Assembly (NCBI GenBank): GCA_965140445.1
Contig: OZ223236.1
Location: 5,056,001-5,120,000, forward strand
Direction: 5' to 3'
DNA from: Candidatus Ozemobacteraceae bacterium
GTDB taxonomy: Bacteria > Muiribacteriota > Ozemobacteria > Ozemobacterales > Ozemobacteraceae
Length of the DNA: 64,000 nucleotides
Below the pieces are notes generated by a model that was not told the origin of the DNA, searched no databases, and saw only the letters and a list, made by a program, of their open reading frames with translations. Position numbers and translations under genes: made by a program. This document shows, one piece after another, positions 19,654 to 27,479 of this stretch (positions are counted from its first letter, which is position 1; each line of letters begins with the position of its first letter).

Positions 19654-20473
19654 AAGCTTTATTGAGGAACTCAGTTCTCCAGCCAACTCTCATTCAAGAG
19701 AGCTAAAGGCTCATCTTGCCGCGTGCCCGGAATGCAAAATGATGGCCGAATCTCTCGCAGCGTTTACTGCAGCTAGAGCTCCGCTCTCTATTGCTGAGCA
19801 AGCAAGCATTCATAAAATGACCACACTTGTTCAAAATAGCTTATCAACAGTAACAGCAAATGACATACCTTCGTCCGCCACTCAAGCAGCAAAAACAGGC
19901 ATTACAAAAATTATTGCCGGATTAGTCGCCGTTGCAGGAATACTTTCCGCAGGCTTGTTCTTTCACGGTCACTCAAACAAGAATTTGCCAGAAACAAGCA
20001 CAAAGCAGCCAGCCATAGAAAGCACACTTCCAGAAACAGAAGTTATTACTAAGAAAGAACTGAAAACTAATTTTGAAAAAGGTCAAAAACTATCAATAGG
20101 TAAGGATTCTGAGGTTAATTTTATTGAAAATTCAACCCTTAAAAAAGTTTCCGAAAATAACATTGATTTCGCATCAGGGAAAATATCTGCAAAATACAGC
20201 GGTATGGACGGTACATATGTATTAAAAACTCCAGATGCCGACTTCGAAATCATGAATGCAAAGTTTGAATGTTCAATTCAGAATGGTATAGTATCTTTAA
20301 AGGTTTTGAGCGGAATTGTAAAGGTTCAGCCCAAAAATGGTCAAAAGGCTCAGGAATTAAAACAAGGACAGCTCTGGGAAAGCCAAATAGAAGAAAATGT
20401 TAGCGAAAATTCCAGAACGCTAATAGTAAACCCAGGGGAAGAAGAAATAAACCTACCAGATGGGGAAAATTAG
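19637..20473 (+). CDS. Zinc-finger (ZAS) anti-sigma factor with TM and FecR-like periplasmic domain
   Basis: HLAACPEC (HxxxCxxC); TM IIAGLVAVAGILSAGLFF; beta-rich KTPDA..VLSGIVKV..LKQGQ; overlaps the sigma gene. Confidence 0.85.
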   Translation: MSKICESFIEELSSPANSHSRELKAHLAACPECKMMAESLAAFTAARAPLSIAEQASIHKMTTLVQNSLSTVTANDIPSSATQAAKTGITKIIAGLVAVAGILSAGLFFHGHSNKNLPETSTKQPAIESTLPETEVITKKELKTNFEKGQKLSIGKDSEVNFIENSTLKKVSENNIDFASGKISAKYSGMDGTYVLKTPDADFEIMNAKFECSIQNGIVSLKVLSGIVKVQPKNGQKAQELKQGQLWESQIEENVSENSRTLIVNPGEEEINLPDGEN

Positions 20474-22544
20474 TTATAGCACAGATTCAAGCATCGAAAA
20501 ATATATTTCGATAGCCAACAACAGAAGGGGCGTGGTGTTTTACATTGTCCTTTCTGTTGTTGTAATTATGGGAATTTTCATCCTTTTCTATCACACATTC
20601 TCAAGACAACTGGCATTCTCTTCTTTCTATCATGTAAACAGGGATAAGCTCAGAAATGTTACTGATGTAATTCTTGATTCCTCATTCAACTACCTCCAGA
20701 AAGAAACAAGTGATTCTACCAGCAGCCTGTCAAAAAAGATTGTCGACATTATGGCAGACAGAACAACCGACAGAACTCTGCCACTAGTTGCACCCCTTTT
20801 TGAAGAATATAAGGACTCTCTTCTTCAGGGAGCAAAGCTTGAATATAAGGTTGAGGGAAATGTTTTTGATAGAAGAACATCAAATCAGCGAGGACACTCT
20901 TACCATAAAGGTGAAGGACTGGGAACCGTTGAAATAGCATTAAAAGCTGCCCTCAAAACTCCCGGCGGAAAAACACTTGCCTCCTGTAAACGGGTTCGGC
21001 ATTTTGATTTCAAATCTGCCTGCATTGTCTCAAGCTACAAAACCCGAGAAAATTCATACGCCATGTCATTTCCATTAGATTATTCTATTTTGGTTAGAGA
21101 TGGTTTGAGGGAATTCAAAGACGGATACCGTGGACTAAGATACAATTCAGGAAAGAAAATAGAATTGGCGGACCAAAGCTCAATCCCGGAAGGAAAAAGA
21201 GGATGGGTGTATTTTGGAAAAGCTGATGTAAACGACAACAATTCCAGAATATTTTTGAATGTTTCAAACGAAATGAACAGCATGGATGCAATTCTTCCAG
21301 CATTAGGGGTTAGCAGTTTTGAAATTGGGCACGAAGAATGCATGCAATTGCTTAGCATCGTGGAAAATGGCTTTACCTTAGAAAATCTTAAAGGAAAATT
21401 TACTGCTTACATAGTACCCGCAGCCCGTACAAGTGGAGATATGAAGCCAAAAGAAGAAGATGCAAGATCAATTTTATCAATGGTTCCAGGTGGCAAAAAA
21501 ACAGAGCAAAAACCTGCCTTTTTAGATGTAAAAGGACCTGTCTCCAAAAGCTATCTCGAAAGTATTTTCAGAGGTGCAATAAACCAGAAGTTTATGTATA
21601 TGGTTCATTTTAAACTTGATACCTCATCTGCCATAGCCAAAGCTGGCGGGAAGACTGTCCCGATTTATTCAATCACCCAGGCCCGCCTCAAGCTTGAAGT
21701 GGCAGGAAACTTCATATGCTTCTCACCTGATGACCCATTTTTTACCGACTCAGCAAACCAAAGTCTGCCCGGCTTCGGCCTCTTATTAGACAACATGAGA
21801 AAAGTAAAGTCACTTGCAGATACCAAGTCGCCTCCAATTTCTCTTTATTCATCCATGAACGAAAAGCACATGATATACTCCGGGCAAACCTACTCAGAAA
21901 GCCCCTCTGCTGACATATTTGGGGTAAAGCCAAAATTCTTTTCGAGAAATGGCTCGCAACTTAGCGACCTGACTCTCACAGGAGGGGATGGATTTAGACC
22001 TTTCCGCCACTGTACCCTTTATTCATCAAGATTTATTAAGTTAAAGGACTTTGAAGATAGTCCAATTTATGACAAAAAAGAAGGAATCCTAAACCTTAGA
22101 GGGATTCACAGCATTGAATTTGATCATTTAACTTTAAAAGCTCCAGCAGGGAAAAAATTTATCACAGTCCGCGGCAGGGGCGCACTTTTAGTACCAAATG
22201 GTTTTACAATTCAGTGTGGAATCAAACTTGAAGACCCAGATAAAGATCTTTGCATATTATTTACAAGAGCCGGGTCAATAAGAGTAGCAACTTCAGAAAA
22301 AATAGAAGCCGCATTACTGGCCTTTAACGATTCAAATAGCGCATCAATATTCCCATCCAACCCACTTAACGTCAAGGGCTGCATAGGAGTTGATAAACTT
22401 TACCTTGATAGATATCCTCTAACGGCTGGAGTTATTGAATACGACCCAAGATTTAAAGCTGAATCCGCCAATGACGAAATCTTTACAGTAAACCTTTCTC
22501 CATGGATAAGATTTGATGATATTAACTTTGCAAAAGAGGGCTAA
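20460..22544 (+). CDS. Large PilX/GspK-like minor (pseudo)pilin
   Basis: Class III signal RRG|VVFYIVLSVVVIMGIFIL without Glu5; 694 aa. Confidence 0.65.
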   Translation: MGKISYSTDSSIEKYISIANNRRGVVFYIVLSVVVIMGIFILFYHTFSRQLAFSSFYHVNRDKLRNVTDVILDSSFNYLQKETSDSTSSLSKKIVDIMADRTTDRTLPLVAPLFEEYKDSLLQGAKLEYKVEGNVFDRRTSNQRGHSYHKGEGLGTVEIALKAALKTPGGKTLASCKRVRHFDFKSACIVSSYKTRENSYAMSFPLDYSILVRDGLREFKDGYRGLRYNSGKKIELADQSSIPEGKRGWVYFGKADVNDNNSRIFLNVSNEMNSMDAILPALGVSSFEIGHEECMQLLSIVENGFTLENLKGKFTAYIVPAARTSGDMKPKEEDARSILSMVPGGKKTEQKPAFLDVKGPVSKSYLESIFRGAINQKFMYMVHFKLDTSSAIAKAGGKTVPIYSITQARLKLEVAGNFICFSPDDPFFTDSANQSLPGFGLLLDNMRKVKSLADTKSPPISLYSSMNEKHMIYSGQTYSESPSADIFGVKPKFFSRNGSQLSDLTLTGGDGFRPFRHCTLYSSRFIKLKDFEDSPIYDKKEGILNLRGIHSIEFDHLTLKAPAGKKFITVRGRGALLVPNGFTIQCGIKLEDPDKDLCILFTRAGSIRVATSEKIEAALLAFNDSNSASIFPSNPLNVKGCIGVDKLYLDRYPLTAGVIEYDPRFKAESANDEIFTVNLSPWIRFDDINFAKEG

Positions 22545-23004
22545 AACTAGAATCTCAAAAGGATTTTCACTCGTTGAAATCCTTATTGGTTCTATCATTC
22601 TACAAATTGCTCTTCTATCCTTCTTTTTGATAAACCAGGCTTCCAATTCTCAAAGCATGGATGCTTACTACGAATTTTTAGGCTGTTCATTAGGCAAAGA
22701 AGTATTGGAACTTTGCCAGGGAATGGAATATGAATGGGCCAAGAACTATAAAGATAAACAGGATCTTTTCCCCTTATCTACATGGCATGGAGTTCTCGAA
22801 AAACCAATCTTTGATAAAACAACCTACTTTAGAGAATGTGGAGCTTTTGAAAGAAAGATCTCTTTTTCTCCGGTTTTAAAAGATGGGAATGGAATACTTG
22901 TAACTGTTGACATTAGAGTGAAAGAAGAAGGTAAGGTCAAAACATGGCTTAGCCGTAATAAGTTAAGTTTTTCTACCATAGTCATGGAGAAGCCAATGTT
23001 ATGA
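22513..23004 (+). CDS. Prepilin-type N-terminal cleavage/methylation protein
   Basis: SKG|FSLVEILIG. Confidence 0.8.
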   Translation: MMILTLQKRAKTRISKGFSLVEILIGSIILQIALLSFFLINQASNSQSMDAYYEFLGCSLGKEVLELCQGMEYEWAKNYKDKQDLFPLSTWHGVLEKPIFDKTTYFRECGAFERKISFSPVLKDGNGILVTVDIRVKEEGKVKTWLSRNKLSFSTIVMEKPML

Positions 23005-23738
23005 TAAATAAACGAGCATTCACTTTAATAGAGCTTCTTGTGGTATGCGGAGTCTTGATGGTCATCCTTGTTCCAACCTACCGCATACTGTCTCACGGCA
23101 GCAAGTCGGCGATGCAGGGTGTTGCCAGAAACAATGTGGTAATGCTTGGACAGCAGATATTGGGCCAGATAAAGGCCGATCTGGCTTTATCTTGTTTTGT
23201 ATATAAAGATGGCGAATCCATGGGAATTAACGACATTTTTACAGAAAAAACAATCTCAGACTCTATTGAATACTCATTTTTCACTTTTAGCGGCGGCAAA
23301 ACCGAGGACAAAGTCCTTCCTACCGAATCCGGTGGAGAAAGTTACAGAAGGTTCAATAAAATCACATACATCCTCAGTAAAGCCAAAGTTGAGCCCTTTA
23401 AAAAGCTTGAAAGAATGATAAGTTATCATCCGGCTAATCCCTCAGGGAAAGTAGATACCAAAAAGCTCATTACTGATAAAGCAAATTTCTTCGAGATCCG
23501 CCCAGTTACCGTCACCTCCAATGGGATTTCAAAGAGCTTTTTCAGAATTTCCTTGCAGCTAATTGATCAAAAGAGTCCAGGAAAACCTATTTCGACGCTA
23601 CCAGATGGAACAGTAGACCCATCTCAATTTTTTATAGCTGATTTCGTAGACACTGTAAATCCAGCAATTCTTAATTCTATTTTGGGCAACCCTGGCTTAA
23701 ATAGAAACTGGTATACCGACCCATCAGACAAGGATTAG
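23001..23738 (+). CDS. Prepilin-type N-terminal cleavage/methylation protein (PilW/GspJ-like)
   Basis: KRA|FTLIELLVV; ATGA overlap with the previous gene. Confidence 0.85.
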   Translation: MINKRAFTLIELLVVCGVLMVILVPTYRILSHGSKSAMQGVARNNVVMLGQQILGQIKADLALSCFVYKDGESMGINDIFTEKTISDSIEYSFFTFSGGKTEDKVLPTESGGESYRRFNKITYILSKAKVEPFKKLERMISYHPANPSGKVDTKKLITDKANFFEIRPVTVTSNGISKSFFRISLQLIDQKSPGKPISTLPDGTVDPSQFFIADFVDTVNPAILNSILGNPGLNRNWYTDPSDKD

Positions 23739-23994
23739 TGATTCCTCTATTTATCAAATGTATAGAGAAGAGCTGGCAAATCTTGAACAATCGCCTACAA
23801 TCAGATCTATATTCAGCAAACTCCCCGGAATAAAAATGCCTGCGCTACTGGATTTTTGTATGTAGCAAAAAAATCATGGCTTTCCTTTTTCTCTTTCATA
23901 AGAAAAATCCCTGCTTCCTTTTTTCTACGTAACAACCACAAAAATACGCTGTTAAGAAGATTCTTCAAATGTTTTTAACCAAGCTTATTTACCA

Positions 23995-24043
23995 ATAAAA
24001 AAAGAACCGATGGAAGTTTCATTTCCCATCGGTTCTTTTTTAT
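23995..24043. terminator. Bidirectional intrinsic terminator
   Basis: AAAAAAGAACCGATGG ... CCATCGGTTCTTTTTT between convergent operons. Confidence 0.85.
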
Positions 24044-24054
24044 CTGTGACTATT

Positions 24055-24990
24055 TTACTTCAGAGCACCAAGCTTCTTTAAAGAGATATTGCCCTTTGCA
24101 CCTTTTAAGTAATCTGCATTAACAACAAACGCCTGATCGTTATCAACGGCGATACAGCGATTAATGTAATAAGGTCGGATATAATCATATTTATTCAGGA
24201 TTTCTCCGGTTTTTGAGAAGGTAAACAGCTGTTCCAGTCTTGGATTTCCCAAAGCAGGAATAAAGGAAACTATCAGCTCCCCATTCTTCAAAACAGACCA
24301 CACTCTAGGATTTTGCATCTGTTTAAGCCCAAGAATATTTCTGGAAACTTCCTTGCCTGAAGAAGAAAAAACAACGTGAATATTTCCATCTGATTCATTG
24401 TATTCAATAACATGTAGGTTATCGTTTCCATCAACAGCAAACCCGGTACATCCCCATTCTATTTTGCGTATTGCTTTACCACTTGAGGAGAAAACCGATA
24501 TTTTTGCCTGAGAGAAATCTCCAACATAAAGCTGTCCAGAGCTATCGCAAGCAAGTTGATCAACCTGACCACAGCCATTTGCAGTCTGAGGAACTCTTGC
24601 TAATTCTTTTCCGCTAAGATCAAAACGAACCAAAGTATTAGAAACTCTTTCACTTATCCAAACGCTTACCGGCTCATTTTTAGAATCAAGTTGAACAGCA
24701 AAATCATCAATAAATTCACCAGAATTAAAGCCAGGAACTTTAATGCTCTTTTCAAGTTTGTTTTCAGCGCCAAAAATTAATATGCGTCCTGACACCGAGT
24801 CAGTAACCCACAAGCGATCAGAAATAACTCTAAAGGCATGAGGTCCAAGAGGAAAGTCCTCTGGTCCTACCGGAGCCTTAAATGTAACTTCTGACGGCTT
24901 ATTGCCGAACCCTATAGCCCATTGACTATGTGCTGAAACAGTTAACCCCATGAAAAGGCTAAGAATTACTGGTATAAGAATTTTTCGCAT
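24055..24990 (-). CDS. Secreted NHL/beta-propeller protein
   Basis: Signal peptide; repeated blades LWVTDSVSGRILIF, LACDSSGQLYVGD, FAVDGNDNLHV. Confidence 0.8.
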   Translation of the reverse strand: MRKILIPVILSLFMGLTVSAHSQWAIGFGNKPSEVTFKAPVGPEDFPLGPHAFRVISDRLWVTDSVSGRILIFGAENKLEKSIKVPGFNSGEFIDDFAVQLDSKNEPVSVWISERVSNTLVRFDLSGKELARVPQTANGCGQVDQLACDSSGQLYVGDFSQAKISVFSSSGKAIRKIEWGCTGFAVDGNDNLHVIEYNESDGNIHVVFSSSGKEVSRNILGLKQMQNPRVWSVLKNGELIVSFIPALGNPRLEQLFTFSKTGEILNKYDYIRPYYINRCIAVDNDQAFVVNADYLKGAKGNISLKKLGALK

Positions 24991-25008
24991 TTCAGATTTC
25001 CTTGAACA

Positions 25009-25743
25009 CTAAGCTTTTCGTAATACCTGGGTGATTGGCATATAGTTGATTGAATGCAATCTTGGTCTTCTTTCTGATGAACTATTTGACATCGCCTGAA
25101 AGGTATTACCATTCTTTACTATAATACCAATATGTCTACCAGGTCCACGACTTGTTGTCCATGTTACCACATCACCTTCTTGATAAGGTGGAACACTAAC
25201 AGCTCTCCACCCCTTTGAGCGAAGGTCAGACACAACGCCATCACAGTTCAAATTAATTCTTGTTACTGCTCCTGCAGCCTTTAGCGCTGTAGTTACGACT
25301 TGAGCACAACCAAGGTTGCCTCCCTGGGTTGCTGGATCGTATGGGAAAGAACCTCTGGCAGAATATCTACTTACGAGATTTAGTGCTGCAGATTGAATTT
25401 GTCGTCCAAGAGCTGTTCCACCTGAGCTGGTATTATTGGTGTTCGTATTGTTTCCCAGGTTTTCTTGATCACCTGCATTGGTTATAGCGACCTGTCCATT
25501 TGTGTTTGCAGTTGTATTATCTGTGTTTGTTGTATTTCCAGTGTTAGTATTGTTAACAGCACCGCCCACAGTGTTTATAGCATTTCCAACGTTCTGAACT
25601 ACATCCTGAATAGCTGGAACAGCCTGCTGAATACCATTAGCAACCTGTGTTACCGTATCCATAATACTGCTCATATCGCAGCCCGTCATGAATACCGAAG
25701 CACACAACAAGAAAAACATTGATAACCTTTTTGCAATACGCAT
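25009..25743 (-). CDS. Lipoprotein with C-terminal papain-like (NlpC/P60/CHAP-type) domain; putative peptidoglycan hydrolase
   Basis: Lipobox FMTG|C; N/T-rich linker; GNLGCAQVVTTAL (Cys), GDVVTW, RHIGII (His). Confidence 0.65.
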   Translation of the reverse strand: MRIAKRLSMFFLLCASVFMTGCDMSSIMDTVTQVANGIQQAVPAIQDVVQNVGNAINTVGGAVNNTNTGNTTNTDNTTANTNGQVAITNAGDQENLGNNTNTNNTSSGGTALGRQIQSAALNLVSRYSARGSFPYDPATQGGNLGCAQVVTTALKAAGAVTRINLNCDGVVSDLRSKGWRAVSVPPYQEGDVVTWTTSRGPGRHIGIIVKNGNTFQAMSNSSSERRPRLHSINYMPITQVLRKA

Positions 25744-25813
25744 AATCCATACTCCTAAATAATTTTTGGCCTATTTTTTCTATTAAGTTTTTTTGAAAAC
25801 AAAACCTGAGAAA

Positions 25814-26401
25814 TTAGTTTCCGAAAAGCCCACCAAACAAGTCAGTAACCTTATCTTTAACAGTTGAATATGCTCCCGCCAGTCTATCCATTATTCCCTG
25901 GCTCTGTGGCGCCTGACTATTAATATCCTGTAGTCTTTGATTCAAATCGGCATTGCGCAAAGCACTTTGTGCTTGCTGTGCAATATCAGAAACCTGAGTT
26001 ACTGCATTGGTTACATTATTAACCGTATTCTGAATCTGAGAGATTTGTTCGTTATCACCAGCCGAAACAACAGGAGCCGTTGGCGCATTAGTTGCATTTG
26101 TTTCGGTATTAGTTGTGGGTGAAGCCGCTGTATTATTAGAAGTAGCAGCTGGAGCATTCGCAGTATTGTTAGTAGCTGCAGCTGGAGCATTTGCTGTATT
26201 TTGAACACTATTTACAGTATTTTGCACCTGATTAACAGCGTCTCCAACAGTGCTGATCACTTGCTGAATCTGAGGAACAGCTTGCTGAATTCCATCTGCA
26301 ACCTTAGTTACTGTGTCCATGATACTACTCACGTCACAACCGGTTAAAAACACAGACAAAACCAAAGCAACCAAAACTGAAATTTTTCTTAGCTTTTTCA
26401 T
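25814..26401 (-). CDS. Low-complexity lipoprotein, N-terminal paralogue of 25009-25743
   Basis: Lipobox FLTG|C; GGAGG RBS; shares CDxSSIMDTVTxVAxGIQQAVPxIQ. Confidence 0.8.
   Translation of the reverse strand: MKKLRKISVLVALVLSVFLTGCDVSSIMDTVTKVADGIQQAVPQIQQVISTVGDAVNQVQNTVNSVQNTANAPAAATNNTANAPAATSNNTAASPTTNTETNATNAPTAPVVSAGDNEQISQIQNTVNNVTNAVTQVSDIAQQAQSALRNADLNQRLQDINSQAPQSQGIMDRLAGAYSTVKDKVTDLFGGLFGN
26128..26200 (-). repeat. Imperfect 33-bp intragenic tandem repeat (NTANAPAA.. units)
   Basis: Protein NTANAPAAATN-NTANAPAATSN-NTAA; DNA gcagctggagcatt occurs twice. Confidence 0.6.
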
Positions 26402-26443
26402 AAATCCTCCAGCGTTCTTGTAAACCTTGCTACTACATATAAA

Positions 26444-26469
26444 TACGCTTGAGGATACCTAAGGTAACA
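26444..26469 (-). promoter_or_regulatory. ECF-type promoter (TGTTAC-N16-CGTA)
   Basis: Ends about 42 nt upstream of the lipoprotein start; same spacing as the other two sites. Confidence 0.6.
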
Positions 26470-26476
26470 ATTTTTT

Positions 26477-26842
26477 TTAACATTCTTTAAGACATGCAAT
26501 TGCACTCTCTAGAGTCTTCTCGTGAATAGCAATTGGAATAATACCAGAAACAGTAAAAAGAGTTTCTTTTATTGAATCCAACCCGCAAAGAGCAACTGTT
26601 CCTTCATAATCCTGATCAATCAGAAGGATTGCATCAAGCAATTCTCCCATCCCAAGGCTATTTATGATTATACAATCTGTGAAATCAAAAACAAACTTCA
26701 ACATGCCTTTGCCTGCAAGTTCTGAAACTTTGGGCTTCATCTCAACTACATTTGCATCTGTACAATAACCCTTAAATGAAAAAACCGGATATCCCTGCTC
26801 AATAGATATTTCCAGTTTTCCGCTTTCATCAGTAGTACTCAA
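26477..26842 (-). CDS. STAS-domain anti-sigma factor antagonist
   Basis: FVFDFTDCIIINSLGMGELL, VALCGL..IKETLFTVSGI; AGGAGG RBS. Confidence 0.85.
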   Translation of the reverse strand: MSTTDESGKLEISIEQGYPVFSFKGYCTDANVVEMKPKVSELAGKGMLKFVFDFTDCIIINSLGMGELLDAILLIDQDYEGTVALCGLDSIKETLFTVSGIIPIAIHEKTLESAIACLKEC

Positions 26843-26950
26843 CGAATTACCTCCTGAGGCTTAAAACAAAACAAGATTAACATACTTATTACCACTTTTT
26901 TTAGTTAAAAGCCAGAAAACTTAAATACTAGCCTTTGCTAAGATTTCCAA

Positions 26951-27409
26951 TTAGACAAAATTAGCTATAGCTGCAAACGACAAAATCGAAACAAAAAGTC
27001 CCGTAATCACAAAAAATGAAATAAAAACCAGACTTAAAACGTTTAACCAGAAATATAACCTGGAAAGTTTTTCAGACTGAATTTTTGCTTGAGAAGGGTC
27101 TTCCTGGCAGAATCTGACATTCACTTTATCTCCCAAATTATAAATTGCTGGCCTGCATGCAATGGAATCTTCAACCTTCCACTTTTCCCCAGCAACTTCG
27201 AACTCTACCAGGGCGGAGAACAATGCCCCTCCTTTACCTGTTTTCTCCAAAACCTCAACCACAATACCACCAGTTTCTGCATTTAGTTTAGACGAGAAAA
27301 TCCCGATTTCATCAAATAATCTACTTCTCGCATAAACAAGAAAAGGGACAAAAACAAGCTCAAATAGCCCAATCCCAAAACAAATCCATAATTCAAAATC
27401 ATTTTTCAT
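26951..27409 (-). CDS. DUF3592-like two-TM protein
   Basis: TM, then TGGIVV, YNLGDKVNVRFCQEDPSQAKI, then a second TM. Confidence 0.7.
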   Translation of the reverse strand: MKNDFELWICFGIGLFELVFVPFLVYARSRLFDEIGIFSSKLNAETGGIVVEVLEKTGKGGALFSALVEFEVAGEKWKVEDSIACRPAIYNLGDKVNVRFCQEDPSQAKIQSEKLSRLYFWLNVLSLVFISFFVITGLFVSILSFAAIANFV

Positions 27410-27426
27410 CTGGCCATTATAACAAT

Positions 27427-27462
27427 AAAAAAAGCGGCTGTCCTGATATGGACAACCGCCTT
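27427..27462 (-). terminator. Intrinsic terminator of the clostripain gene
   Basis: Minus strand GCGGTTGTCC-ATATCA-GGACAGCCGC followed by T7. Confidence 0.75.
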
Positions 27463-27479
27463 AGAATACTAAGCTATAA

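Noticed and set aside
23739..23994. About 250-nt gap after the pilin genes containing short ORFs
   Set aside because: No RBS, convincing structure or repeat found
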